Below, piece after piece: positions 1-9,268 of a DNA stretch of 32,405 bases (positions within the stretch are counted from its first letter, which is position 1; the number at the start of each line of letters is the position of its first letter). The notes below the pieces were generated by a model. That model saw only the letters and a list, made by a program, of their open reading frames with translations, was not told the DNA's origin and ran no database searches. The DNA lies in IMG/VR virus record IMGVR_UViG_3300029247_000019. One strand, 5' to 3'. The translations under genes were made by a program, and so were the position numbers. Origin of the DNA: a virus.

Positions 1-96
1 GCACGGTCAGCCCAATGCGATGATAGCCCGTGCTGTCGTGAGCGGGACGTCATTCATGCAGAAAAATGATTTTGTCGGGCGTGCGACGCGCAAGGC
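1..96. repeat. Terminal direct repeat copy 1 (identical to 32310-32405); circular-assembly overlap
   Basis: Compared base by base: 1-96 equals 32310-32405. An ORF reads seamlessly across the junction. Confidence 0.95.
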
Positions 97-163
97 CAAA
101 AAGGCAGCTGAGGCGGCCATGGCGAAATCACTTGACGACGACATAAAAAACAAAATGAAATGA
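2..163 (+). CDS. C-terminal part of the HK97 gp10-family head-tail/tail-completion protein (continuation of 31966-32405 across the junction)
   Basis: In phase with the ORF opened at 31966 once the repeat is collapsed. Reads HGQPNAMIARAVVSGTSFMQKNDFVGRATRKAKKAAEAAMAKSLDDDIKNKMK; TGA at 161-163. The full gene would be 168 aa. Confidence 0.8.
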   Translation, partial: HGQPNAMIARAVVSGTSFMQKNDFVGRATRKAKKAAEAAMAKSLDDDIKNKMK

Positions 164-173
164 GGCGAATCAT

Positions 174-797
174 ATGTCAGCAGCAGGAAAAGTCTGTACC
201 GGCTTCTCACGCCCGTGGGTAGCCAAGTACAGCGCAAACGGCGGCACCGTCACATACTCAGGCGCTATGCGGCTTGCCCGTGGCGTAGAGGTCAAGATCG
301 ACCCGGAAACCGCGGCAGACAATACGTTTTATGCCGACAACATGGCGGCCGAGAGCCAGGAGGGCGTTCTCACCGGCGGCACTACCACCCTGACGGTCGA
401 CGGCCTGTTCCGCAAGGCAGAGGATCTGATAATGGGCCTGCCGGAGACCAAGAGCGAAATCACCATCGACGGAAGCACGAAGGTCAGCGTTACGGACTAC
501 GACGACGATATGAAGATTCCGTATATCGGGCTTGGCTTCGTCGTGCGGTATATGTCCGACGGTGTCACATCGTACAGCCCGGTAGTACTCACTAAACTCC
601 GCACTACCGCATCCTCGGAAGAATACGCCACGCAGGAAGAAGAAATCGACTGGCAGACAAAGGAACTTGAAATGTCCATACACCGCGACGACAGCACTAA
701 GCACCGCTGGAAGCGCGTGGCGGACGATCAGGAGAGCGAAGACGCCGCCGAGGCCTGCATCAAGGCCATGCTCAACTACACGGAGCCGGGCGGCTGA
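174..797 (+). CDS. Major tail protein (phi13-like siphovirus family)
   Basis: 207 aa, GAGG upstream. Sits between the gp10-like gene and the tail chaperone. Contains FYADN...GVLTGGTTTLTVDGL, a pattern typical of Gram-positive phage major tail proteins. Confidence 0.75.
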   Translation: MSAAGKVCTGFSRPWVAKYSANGGTVTYSGAMRLARGVEVKIDPETAADNTFYADNMAAESQEGVLTGGTTTLTVDGLFRKAEDLIMGLPETKSEITIDGSTKVSVTDYDDDMKIPYIGLGFVVRYMSDGVTSYSPVVLTKLRTTASSEEYATQEEEIDWQTKELEMSIHRDDSTKHRWKRVADDQESEDAAEACIKAMLNYTEPGG

Positions 798-809
798 TAG
801 GAGGCTGTT

Positions 810-1178
810 ATGATCATATTCGGCAAAGAACGCGGTTTTAGTTTCACCGTCGGTGCGTCCGTGGAGATTGCGGAGATGTGCCCTGACGGCGACCTGACCA
901 AGATTGAGAAGTTTCTCAGCGGCAAGTACGGCAGAGTGACGCGCAACGGCGCAAAGCTCATCATTGAACTCAACAAGGCCTATGAGATGCAGCGCAGCTT
1001 TGAAGATGAGACCTACAAGCCCGAACCCCTGACCATGGCACAGCTCATGGCTCTAAGTGCTGAGCAGTTCACGGCGCTGATGTCTGAGGCAATGGCAGCC
1101 TTTGAGGCCGGACGCAAGACCACGGTCGAGGTCGAGCCTTCAAAAAAAAACGAGGTCAGCCGACCCGAAACAGAGTAG
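810..1178 (+). CDS. Tail assembly chaperone (gpG-like)
   Basis: 122 aa, AGGAGG RBS. Located directly before the tape measure gene. Has an acidic C-terminus and a slippery A-run near its 3' end. Confidence 0.75.
   Translation: MIIFGKERGFSFTVGASVEIAEMCPDGDLTKIEKFLSGKYGRVTRNGAKLIIELNKAYEMQRSFEDETYKPEPLTMAQLMALSAEQFTALMSEAMAAFEAGRKTTVEVEPSKKNEVSRPETE
1142..1150 (+). promoter_or_regulatory. Candidate -1 programmed ribosomal frameshift site (A9 run, A AAA AAA heptamer)
   Basis: Zero-frame codons are TCA AAA AAA AAC. The -1 frame is open from 1142 to the TGA at 1358-1360. Confidence 0.65.
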
Positions 1179-1360
1179 AAATCAATCTGGCTTGGTATCT
1201 CTTCTATGGCCGGATGCTGAATATGAGCAGACAGGAGATCATTAACACACGCTACGGCGAAATGTGCGACATGATCTCCTGTTTCGCCATATACAACGGC
1301 GCGACTCCGGCAAAGAAAAAAAAGAGCTGGAGCATAGAAGAAGCCTTACAACTGAGGTGA
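1142..1360 (+). CDS. gpT-like extension of the tail chaperone, reached by a -1 frameshift (G-T fusion would be 810..1148 joined to 1148..1360)
   Basis: The -1 frame reads KKKRGQPTRNRVEINLAWYLFYGRMLNMSRQEIINTRYGEMCDMISCFAIYNGATPAKKKKSWSIEEALQLR. It has no start codon of its own. The position is conserved in long-tailed phages. Confidence 0.6.
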   Translation, partial: KKKRGQPTRNRVEINLAWYLFYGRMLNMSRQEIINTRYGEMCDMISCFAIYNGATPAKKKKSWSIEEALQLR

Positions 1361-1367
1361 TAACACC

Positions 1368-3452
1368 ATGGCAACAAACATAGGCCCCAAAATCGGCGTC
1401 GAAGGCGAGGCCGAGTATAGAAAATCAATAAATCAGATCATCCAGCAGGCCAAGACCCTTGACGCGCAGATGCGCGCGACAGTCTCAAGCTTCAACAGCA
1501 CCACCAGCGCCGAAGAAAAGGCAGCGGCAAAATCTAAAATTCTGTCCGAGCAGATCACCACGCAGAAAGAGCGCATCAGAACCCTGACGGACATGATGCA
1601 GAAATCTGCGGCGAAGTACGGCGAAAATGACGCCCGAACGCTCAAGTGGAGGGAGGCTGTGCTCAATGCCACCACCGCACTCAACGGCATGGAGCAGGAG
1701 CTTGCGGACGTCAACAGCGGCCTCGACGAAACCAGCGACGACTTCACAAAAGCAGGCAAAGGAGCGGCGAGCTTCGGGGATGTTCTGAAAGCAAATGTGC
1801 TCTCAGACGTTATCATGTCAGGTCTGCGGAAAATGGGCGGCTACATAAAGGAAGCCGGAACCGCTTTCATCCAGCTCACGAAAGATGCCGTCAACAGCTA
1901 TTCGGATTATGAGCAGCTTGTCGGCGGCGTTGAGACGCTTTTCGGAGACAGCGCAAAGATAGTCGAGAACTATGCTAACAATGCGTTCAAAACGGCGGGG
2001 CTCTCCGCCAATGAGTACATGGAGACGGTGACAAGCTTCTCGGCGTCGCTGATTCAGGGGCTCGGCGGAGATACTGAACAGGCGGCAAAGCTCGCGAACC
2101 TTGCAATAACCGATATGTCGGACAACGCTAATAAGATGGGCACTGACATCAGCAGCATACAGAACGCCTATCAGGGCTTCGCAAAGCAGAATTATACCAT
2201 GCTGGACAATCTCAAGCTTGGCTATGGCGGCACTGCTGCCGAGATGGCAAGGCTCATAAACGACAGCGGCGTGCTTGGAGACCAGATTGACGTCACGGCG
2301 AAGACAGTCAACGAAGTGTCGTTCGACAAGATGATTGAAGCGATCCACGTTGTACAGACAGAGCTTGGCATAACCGGAACCACATCAAAAGAAGCATCCA
2401 CTACCATACAAGGCAGCGCAAATGCAATGAAATCCGCTTGGCAGAATATGTTGACAGGGTTTGCAGATGAAAAATCGAACCTGTCACAGCTCACTAAAAA
2501 TCTGACAGACAGCATTGTAACATTTGCGGATAACCTCATTCCCAGAATCATGGAAATACTGCCCCGGTTGACCGAAGGCTTTACGCAGCTCATAAATGCC
2601 CTTGTTCCGTATGTCGAGCCTACTCTACAGACGATACTCCCGGCTCTTACCGACGGCATTGAGGCGCTTGTAAACGGGATAGTCGCCGCTCTGCCGGTTT
2701 TGCTTGGCGCGCTGTCCGATGCGATGCCTATGATAATCGACACGGTCCTGACGATACTGCCAGAACTGATGAGCGCCGGGGTCGACTTTATCACTGCGCT
2801 CATTGAGGGCATTGCAGATGCGGCACCGCAGCTGCTTGACGCGATAGTTCGTACCGCAATTGCGATGGTCTCAAAGCTCATCGAAAAGATACCGGATATG
2901 CAAAATGCGGCGGTGAGGCTGATGTCCGGACTGCTGCAAGGGTTGCTCGGCCAGATACCGAACATCATCGGCGGCGTAGTTCAAATAGCGCTCGCAATCC
3001 AGCAGAAATTCAGAGAGCTCCCACAGGCGGCCATTGGCTGGGGGCGTGACCTCATTCAGGGGTTCATCAACGGTATCCTTGATATGTGGAACAACCTCAA
3101 AAACACCGTGGCAAACGTCGCAAATACTATATCAAGTTTTCTCCACTTCTCGCGCCCGGACGAGGGTCCGCTGCGCAATTATGAAAAATGGATGCCCGAT
3201 ATGATGACCGGCCTTGCACGCGGCATCGATGCGAACGCCTACCGCGTAGAGGATGCGCTCATGGCGGCAACTTCCGGTATGCGGATGCAAATCGAGGGCA
3301 CAACTGGAGCGGGAGCGACTCAGACGACTAACTACGGCGGAGTAAACATCGTCGTCAACGGCGCGCCGGGGCAGGACGTTAACGAGCTCGCGGAGACGAT
3401 CATGTACAAGATAGAGAATGCTTACAGCAAGAAAGCGAGCGTGTTTGCGTGA
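1368..3452 (+). CDS. Tape measure protein
   Basis: 694 aa, the largest tail gene, immediately after G/T. N-terminal coiled coil and a hydrophobic, Ala/Leu/Ile-rich central region. Confidence 0.9.
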   Translation: MATNIGPKIGVEGEAEYRKSINQIIQQAKTLDAQMRATVSSFNSTTSAEEKAAAKSKILSEQITTQKERIRTLTDMMQKSAAKYGENDARTLKWREAVLNATTALNGMEQELADVNSGLDETSDDFTKAGKGAASFGDVLKANVLSDVIMSGLRKMGGYIKEAGTAFIQLTKDAVNSYSDYEQLVGGVETLFGDSAKIVENYANNAFKTAGLSANEYMETVTSFSASLIQGLGGDTEQAAKLANLAITDMSDNANKMGTDISSIQNAYQGFAKQNYTMLDNLKLGYGGTAAEMARLINDSGVLGDQIDVTAKTVNEVSFDKMIEAIHVVQTELGITGTTSKEASTTIQGSANAMKSAWQNMLTGFADEKSNLSQLTKNLTDSIVTFADNLIPRIMEILPRLTEGFTQLINALVPYVEPTLQTILPALTDGIEALVNGIVAALPVLLGALSDAMPMIIDTVLTILPELMSAGVDFITALIEGIADAAPQLLDAIVRTAIAMVSKLIEKIPDMQNAAVRLMSGLLQGLLGQIPNIIGGVVQIALAIQQKFRELPQAAIGWGRDLIQGFINGILDMWNNLKNTVANVANTISSFLHFSRPDEGPLRNYEKWMPDMMTGLARGIDANAYRVEDALMAATSGMRMQIEGTTGAGATQTTNYGGVNIVVNGAPGQDVNELAETIMYKIENAYSKKASVFA

Positions 3453-4156
3453 TTTTCTGGAATGGTAAAAGCTCCGATGATCTTCACGTCATTGTAGAGC
3501 ATTACCCCGAGCGGATATATCCGGCACGTAAGCTTGAAAGCATATCCATCCCCGGACGCAACGGCGACATCGTGCGCGCCGAAGACAGCTTCGAGAATTA
3601 TATGCAGTCCTATGACATCTACGTGAGCGGGGAGTTCCACGGCGGGCTCCCTGCGCTCGCGCGCCGGATCGCGGCGTGGCTGATGGCTCCGGAGGGCTAC
3701 TGCAAACTCATCGACAGCTATGATGTCAATTGCTTCCGGTATGCCTACTTTCAAGGGCCGGTAAATTTCGAAAATATATTCAACAACTTTGGCAGAGCCA
3801 CGATAGAGTTCAACTGTCAGCCGTGCCGCTTCCTCATTGACGGTCAGAACCCGGTGCATTTCACCGGCGCCGGCAAGATGATAAACAGCCACGGTTTCGC
3901 AGCACGTCCCCAAATCACCGTGACAGGCTCGGGCAAGGGTACCGTCACTGTCGGCGGCCGGACGGTGACGCTCAGCAAGATCACGAGCGGGATGATATTA
4001 GACTCACTGACGCAAAATGCGTACCTCGGCAGCAGCAACCTTAACGGCGACATCTCAGCTGCTGAGTTTCCAGTGCTGCTGCCCGGAGAATCGGCAATAT
4101 CATTCACCGGCGGCGTGACGGCTCTTGACATTGTACCGAGGTGGTGGACGCTGTGA
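3449..4156 (+). CDS. Distal tail protein (Dit-like)
   Basis: 235 aa with a GTGA start/stop overlap with the tape measure gene. N-terminus IFWNGKSSDDLHVIV is typical of siphovirus tail family proteins. Confidence 0.7.
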   Translation: MIFWNGKSSDDLHVIVEHYPERIYPARKLESISIPGRNGDIVRAEDSFENYMQSYDIYVSGEFHGGLPALARRIAAWLMAPEGYCKLIDSYDVNCFRYAYFQGPVNFENIFNNFGRATIEFNCQPCRFLIDGQNPVHFTGAGKMINSHGFAARPQITVTGSGKGTVTVGGRTVTLSKITSGMILDSLTQNAYLGSSNLNGDISAAEFPVLLPGESAISFTGGVTALDIVPRWWTL

Positions 4157-6021
4157 AGCCAATATTATTTTTATCCACGGCGCAGACATTCACCACGAAC
4201 GGTATAGGAATCCTTAATGATGCTGCCGAGTGCAGGGTCAGAGAACAGCGCAACGGCGAATATGAGTTGACAATGCAGTACCCAATCGATGGGCTGCACT
4301 ACAAGGAGATCATAAATCGCCGCCTGATCTATGCGCAGGTCACACCATACGGCGGGCAAGAACCTTTCCGCATATACAACATAAGCCGCCCCTTGAGCGG
4401 GCTTATAGAGGTTCAGGCACGCCACATTTCATACGATCAAAGCGGCATTCCCGTGACACCGTTCACAGCCGCTAATGCTGCCGATGCAATGAAGCAGCTC
4501 AAGAGCCATGCGGTGGTATCAAATCCGTTCGTCTTCACCACGGATAAGGTCACCACGGCAAACATGACAGTAACTGCCCCGACATCGATGCGCGCCCTGC
4601 TGGGCGGTACTGAGGGCAGCGTACTCGACACGTACCGCGGCGAATTCTTCTTCACACACTTCCTCACGCAGCTGCTTACGTCACGCGGGCAGAACCGCGG
4701 CGTAGTCATACGCTACGGGAAAAACCTTATAGACCTCCGGCAGGAGGAGAACATTTCCAAGATGTACACCGGGGTATATCCGTATTACGTCGACAGCGAG
4801 ACCGGAGAGATAACCGAGCTGCCCGACAAAATTGTAGCTGTCCCCGGCACATTTGACTTTATCAACATCCTCATGCTGGACGTCTCGGGAGACTTCGACA
4901 GCCCGCCAACCGCGCAGCAGCTTACCCTCAGAGCGCAGAGCTATATCAACGACAACAATTTAGGAATACCGACCGTCTCCATCTCACTGAGCTATCAAGA
5001 CATTGCCAGATTGATGGATTCAGCAGCGCCGCCCGAAATGATCAAGCTGTGCGATACCGTCACGGTCATTTATGAGAAGCTCGGCATTGAGACCACAGCC
5101 AAGGTCACGGAGACAGAGTACGATGTGCTGCGCGACAGGTACACTTCAATCAACATAGGTGACATCCGCGCGAACATTGCTGACACCATTTACAGCAACG
5201 CGCAGGCGGTCGAGCAAACCGCTATTGACCTCCGCACCGAGACAGGCAAGGCAATAGCCAACGCGACGCAGCTCATCACGGGCACCAAGGGCGGCAACTT
5301 CGTCTTTCAGTTCAACTCCGACGGAAAGCCAATGGGCTTTTCCATCATGGACACTGACGATATGCTGACCGCAGCCAACGTTTGGCGCTTCAACCTCGGC
5401 GGCCTCGGGTACAGCTCCAAGGGCTATAACGGGCCGTTCGGGACAGCAATCACGCAGGACGGCAAGATCGTCGCCGACTTCATACAGGCGGGTGCACTGT
5501 CCTCGGAGAATGTCACTGTGGGTGGGTTCACGCTCTCCGCGAGCTCACTTCGAAACGGCATGACAGCGCTCGACGATACAAAGCACGACGGCGTGTATGT
5601 CGGGCTTGACGGCATAGCACTCGGCAAAGGTGCATTCAAGGTCGACAAATACGGCAATCTCACTGCCACCAGCGGCAAGTTCACCGGCAGCGTCTACGCT
5701 TCCAGCATCCTGACCGAGGCCGAAGAAACCGGAGCGGGCTACATCGAGGGGAATCAAGTTGGAGACTACACACTCTCGGGCGGCAGTGGCGGCAATCTCG
5801 CATATGACACAGTTGCCCCGGGAAACAACGACTCAACACTCAGCGGTTATGTCTCTCGCGGGACCACCGCATACGGGCAGTGCAACGGCGGGAATATCAG
5901 CAGCAATTATATCAGCGTTAATTCTCTGGCGGCTGGCGCACTCGGCATCGGCGGGCATGACTGCTATTTAGGGACACTATCGATTAACGGGATATCACAC
6001 AATGTTGTTATGTGGGAATAA
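4153..6021 (+). CDS. Tail-associated lysin/tail tip protein (Tal, prophage tail endopeptidase-like)
   Basis: About 622 aa. GTG at 4153 lies 8 nt after GAGGTGG and overlaps the Dit stop (GTGA). The ORF track opens at 4141. Position after Dit supports the call. Confidence 0.7.
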   Translation: MKPILFLSTAQTFTTNGIGILNDAAECRVREQRNGEYELTMQYPIDGLHYKEIINRRLIYAQVTPYGGQEPFRIYNISRPLSGLIEVQARHISYDQSGIPVTPFTAANAADAMKQLKSHAVVSNPFVFTTDKVTTANMTVTAPTSMRALLGGTEGSVLDTYRGEFFFTHFLTQLLTSRGQNRGVVIRYGKNLIDLRQEENISKMYTGVYPYYVDSETGEITELPDKIVAVPGTFDFINILMLDVSGDFDSPPTAQQLTLRAQSYINDNNLGIPTVSISLSYQDIARLMDSAAPPEMIKLCDTVTVIYEKLGIETTAKVTETEYDVLRDRYTSINIGDIRANIADTIYSNAQAVEQTAIDLRTETGKAIANATQLITGTKGGNFVFQFNSDGKPMGFSIMDTDDMLTAANVWRFNLGGLGYSSKGYNGPFGTAITQDGKIVADFIQAGALSSENVTVGGFTLSASSLRNGMTALDDTKHDGVYVGLDGIALGKGAFKVDKYGNLTATSGKFTGSVYASSILTEAEETGAGYIEGNQVGDYTLSGGSGGNLAYDTVAPGNNDSTLSGYVSRGTTAYGQCNGGNISSNYISVNSLAAGALGIGGHDCYLGTLSINGISHNVVMWE

Positions 6022-6039
6022 TCCCCGAAAGGAGAAATT

Positions 6040-6288
6040 ATGACAGTAGAAACAGCCGGAAAATCTTTTGAACTTAAACTCTACGGGCAAATCGAGGAAA
6101 ACAAGCTGTCCATAGAGTTTATAGGCACATTCACCGATGCGATCCTCTACCTCACGAGCGGGCATCTTGACATAAAGATGAATGACGACCGCACACGCAC
6201 GTACGACGGATTCACATCAGCTGTATCGGTTCAGCGCGGACTGAAACCCAACTATACGAACGTCGTTCTTGAGAGGGTGACGGCATGA
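6040..6288 (+). CDS. Hypothetical tail/baseplate-module protein
   Basis: 82 aa, AAAGGAG RBS 5 nt upstream, lies within the tail operon. Confidence 0.6.
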   Translation: MTVETAGKSFELKLYGQIEENKLSIEFIGTFTDAILYLTSGHLDIKMNDDRTRTYDGFTSAVSVQRGLKPNYTNVVLERVTA

Positions 6289-6464
6289 AACAGGAAGAAA
6301 GACTCAAGGCCGTCCGCCGGACACTCGAAGAAATCGACGTGCGCGGCAGAGGTAACATCGATAAAATGCTCGGTTGCATGATGATGCTCGATCAGATTAT
6401 AGCTGAGGAGTCGCGGCCTGCACAGGAGGCGAAAGATGAAAGTAACATCTCAGATAACGGTTGA
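6285..6464 (+). CDS. Hypothetical small protein (59 aa)
   Basis: ATGA overlap with the preceding stop. Reads MKQEERLKAVRRTLEEIDVRGRGNIDKMLGCMMMLDQI... Just below the 60-aa track cutoff. Overlaps the next gene by 29 nt. Confidence 0.4.
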   Translation: MKQEERLKAVRRTLEEIDVRGRGNIDKMLGCMMMLDQIIAEESRPAQEAKDESNISDNG

Positions 6465-7659
6465 CCTGCTTCACCCCAATGTGGCGACGCTGGTTTATGC
6501 AAAACAGGCCGACCAGCAGAGCCGCTTTATCTCTGCCGCATTGCTGGAGGGGTCGCAGCCATGGACACCCCCGACGGGTGTGCTCGCCGCTGTAAGGTAC
6601 CGGAAGCCAGACGGAACTATAGGCTGGTATGACACGACCGAGAACAAGGCCGCAGCCGTCACCATGAACGGCAACATCGCTACGATCCAGCTTGCGGCAC
6701 AGGCGCTGACCGTGAGCGGGGATGTGTATATCGAACTTGAGTTTTACACGCAGAGCGCCGAGAAGCTTTCAAGCTTTGCATGGATACTCGCAGTCGAGGC
6801 GAGCGCGGTAAGTGATGGCGAGATTGAAAGCTCGGATTATTTCAATGTTCTGGCCGAAACGCTCGCCGAGATAGTCAAAGCAATCCCTGACATCCAAAAA
6901 GCCAGCGAATATGCTCAGGCGGCTGCGAATTCGGCGACTCAGTCGGCAAACTCGGAAGCCGCCGCCGAGGAGTCGAAGCAGGCGGCGGCAGCTTCAGCGG
7001 CACAAGCGGCCGAGTCTAAGGACAATAGCGTGGCTTCAGCACAAAGCAGCAGTCAAAGCGCCTCAGCGGCGCAGGCTTCCGCTGAGGCGGCGGCAGCAAG
7101 CCAGCAGCTCTCCGCCGCGAATGCGCAGACAGCAAACGCTTCCGCTGCTTCGGCGGCCGAGTCCGAGGAGAATGCAGGAGAGTCCGCACAGAACAGCGAA
7201 GCATGGGCAGTAGGAACCAGAGGCGGACAGGCCGTACCTGCTTCCGACGAAACCCACAACAATAATTCAAAGTATTGGGCGCAGCAGGCCGCTGCAGCGG
7301 CTGGCGGCGGCGTGATAACGTTCAACGGACGCAGTGGCACCGTGGTGCCAGCAAACGGGGATTACACCCCCGAGATGGTCGGCGCAGCTCCCGCGATAAA
7401 AACGGCAACAGTCACGCTGCCGGTCGCATCGTGGACGGGCAGCACATCACCGTACTCGCAGACGGTCACGATCAACGGCGCCACAGCGAATAGCCGTATT
7501 GACATTGATCCCGACACCACTGTTATGAACGGAGCAATGGATGGCGGCTACGGCCTTGTATTTGGCAACAACGCCGGAACTATCACCGCTTATGCAGTCG
7601 GAGATAAACCCACTGCGGCAATCACCGTGCAGGTGAGCATCACGGAGGTGACAGCATGA
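6436..7659 (+). CDS. BppU-like baseplate upper/tail fibre protein with an Ala/Ser/Gln-rich coiled stalk
   Basis: 407 aa, AGGAGG RBS. N-terminus ITVDLLHPNVATLVYAKQADQQSRFISAALLEG resembles the BppU N-domain. Long low-complexity A/S/Q/E stalk around 6900-7210. Confidence 0.7.
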   Translation: MKVTSQITVDLLHPNVATLVYAKQADQQSRFISAALLEGSQPWTPPTGVLAAVRYRKPDGTIGWYDTTENKAAAVTMNGNIATIQLAAQALTVSGDVYIELEFYTQSAEKLSSFAWILAVEASAVSDGEIESSDYFNVLAETLAEIVKAIPDIQKASEYAQAAANSATQSANSEAAAEESKQAAAASAAQAAESKDNSVASAQSSSQSASAAQASAEAAAASQQLSAANAQTANASAASAAESEENAGESAQNSEAWAVGTRGGQAVPASDETHNNNSKYWAQQAAAAAGGGVITFNGRSGTVVPANGDYTPEMVGAAPAIKTATVTLPVASWTGSTSPYSQTVTINGATANSRIDIDPDTTVMNGAMDGGYGLVFGNNAGTITAYAVGDKPTAAITVQVSITEVTA

Positions 7660-8663
7660 GCGAGATATTCGGCAACGGCATCATGGGCGGCGGGGGACTG
7701 ACTAACTCAAAGCTTGCCCTCGCCAACGCGCAGGCCGCAGATGTACGCAGCGGTAAAAAGTTCTATGCCGGAGACAAGCAGATCAAGACCGGCGCCCTTG
7801 CCGACGTTACGCAGGCCACGCCCGCGATAACGGTCGACGCTGCAGGGAAGATCACCGCCTCGGCCACACAGGCCGCGGGCGTAGTCGCCGCCGGGACTAA
7901 GTCCGCAACGAAGCAGCTGCCAGTTCAAGCGGCGAAGACTGTAATTCCATCGGCATCCGCCCAGACCGCCGTCGGAGAGGGTGTATTCACGACCGGGATC
8001 GTCACCGTCGCCGCCGTCTATGCTGTGATCGACGTGACATACCCCTCGGGGAGCGTCTGCACCTGTTCAAATGGCAGCGTGACGCTGACAGCGAAGGATA
8101 CCACCGGTAAAGCGATATTTGTTATCCCCTCCGCCGGAACGTGGACGGTCACGGCGGTCAGCGGCAGCAAGAGCACGAGCAAGGCCGTGAGCATCACAGC
8201 TGAGGGGCAGGTCGAGACCGTGGAGCTGACGTATGGGCTCTATATCTTTAAAAATGGATCGGGGCTGACGTCTGGGTACTCAATCAAGAGCAACAGCATG
8301 ATTTCTGCGCCGACAGTTTCAGGCAACACAATCAGTTGGTCTGGCAACTCCAGCAGCGGCGGCGTAGCATTCTATATCGACCCCGCCGTCGCGTTGAGTG
8401 GCTATACAAAACTGTGTTTCGATTTTGAGTGCTCATACAACTACGGCGGGAACTACGGCATGGGATTTGGCGTCGGCACAGATGCCGCGGCCTCCACTAC
8501 GATCAATAATACTAACTGGACTGCCAAAGTTACCAGCACAGCGCAGGGCACAATTGCCCGGAATACGGTGCAGTGCGATATATCGGCGCTGACGGACTCA
8601 GAATATATCAAGATTGTAGGATCATATTCCGCCGGAAAGGTCTATAACATCTGGCTTGAATGA
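7656..8663 (+). CDS. Tail fibre / putative receptor-binding protein
   Basis: 335 aa with ATGA coupling to the previous gene. N-terminal motif VRSGKKFYAGDKQIKTGAL is common in Firmicutes phage fibres. Ser/Thr/Gly-rich, beta-rich C-terminus. Confidence 0.6.
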   Translation: MSEIFGNGIMGGGGLTNSKLALANAQAADVRSGKKFYAGDKQIKTGALADVTQATPAITVDAAGKITASATQAAGVVAAGTKSATKQLPVQAAKTVIPSASAQTAVGEGVFTTGIVTVAAVYAVIDVTYPSGSVCTCSNGSVTLTAKDTTGKAIFVIPSAGTWTVTAVSGSKSTSKAVSITAEGQVETVELTYGLYIFKNGSGLTSGYSIKSNSMISAPTVSGNTISWSGNSSSGGVAFYIDPAVALSGYTKLCFDFECSYNYGGNYGMGFGVGTDAAASTTINNTNWTAKVTSTAQGTIARNTVQCDISALTDSEYIKIVGSYSAGKVYNIWLE

Positions 8664-8676
8664 GGAGGGACACAGC

Positions 8677-8973
8677 GTGACGATCTACATAGACAGCGAC
8701 TATAAATGTTACGTCTCCGCAGCAGAGGGACGCAGGGCAATAGAGACGAATGAATTCGACGGCAAGTGCCCGGAGTGGATAGAGAGCTTCCGCTTTGTCC
8801 CGTCGGATGAGACATGGACGCGCGGTGACGGCGAGGTGTTCACCGGGATGATGGCACCGTGGAAGGATCTGGGCGAGGCGTATGCGGCGCAGACGGCGTA
8901 CGTGGCGGCGCAGAACGCACAGTATGAAGCGGCACTGACCGAAATTGAAGCCGCACTGGGGGTAACATCATGA
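8677..8973 (+). CDS. Hypothetical protein
   Basis: GTG at 8677 lies 6 nt after GAGGAGGG. The track ORF opens at 8656, directly on the previous stop. 98 aa. Confidence 0.55.
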   Translation: MTIYIDSDYKCYVSAAEGRRAIETNEFDGKCPEWIESFRFVPSDETWTRGDGEVFTGMMAPWKDLGEAYAAQTAYVAAQNAQYEAALTEIEAALGVTS

Positions 8974-9098
8974 CCATCGAAGAAAGAAAACAGGCTATCC
9001 TTGCCAAAATCGCGGAAATAAAGCAGGGCGGCAGCGATGAGGAAAAGCAGGACATGCAGAACGCGCTGAATGTATTGGGGGTAGCGGTCAATGAGTAA
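8970..9098 (+). CDS. Hypothetical small protein (42 aa)
   Basis: ATGA overlap with the previous stop. Reads MTIEERKQAILAKIAEIKQGGSDEEKQDMQNALNVLGVAVNE. Confidence 0.4.
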   Translation: MTIEERKQAILAKIAEIKQGGSDEEKQDMQNALNVLGVAVNE

Positions 9099-9258
9099 AG
9101 GAAAATGGACGATAGCTGCGGAGGAAGTAGCCGCCGATACCAAGACCGCGCTGCAAACGGTTTATGACGCGCTGAATCATGGCCAACAGCAGAAGATACT
9201 CAAGGACGCTCGGGTCAAGGCTCTGTTCGACCGGTACGGCGTGGAGTATACGGAGTGA
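9091..9258 (+). CDS. Hypothetical small protein (55 aa)
   Basis: ATG at 9091 overlaps the previous ORF's end. Reads MSKGKWTIAAEEVAADTKTALQTVYDALNHGQQQKILKDARVKALFDRYGVEYTE. Ends 10 nt before the endolysin start. Confidence 0.4.
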   Translation: MSKGKWTIAAEEVAADTKTALQTVYDALNHGQQQKILKDARVKALFDRYGVEYTE

Positions 9259-9268
9259 GGAGGACATC

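Noticed and set aside
215-704. Alternative-frame and antisense ORFs inside the major tail protein gene
   Set aside because: They are Arg/Gly-rich out-of-frame translations. The 174-797 frame has the RBS and family-like sequence.
1433-2968. Several minus-strand ORFs (127-248 aa) and a short + ORF inside the tape measure gene
   Set aside because: All lie within or opposite the 694-aa tape measure ORF. They are Ser/Ala/Ile-rich mirror translations and have no start signals.
6911-7340. Multiple overlapping ORFs on both strands, and an apparent repetitiveness resembling a tandem array or CRISPR
   Set aside because: The region encodes the Ala/Ser/Gln-rich stalk of the BppU-like fibre. The GC(N)-type codon periodicity keeps all frames open. 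There are no exact repeats with unique spacers.
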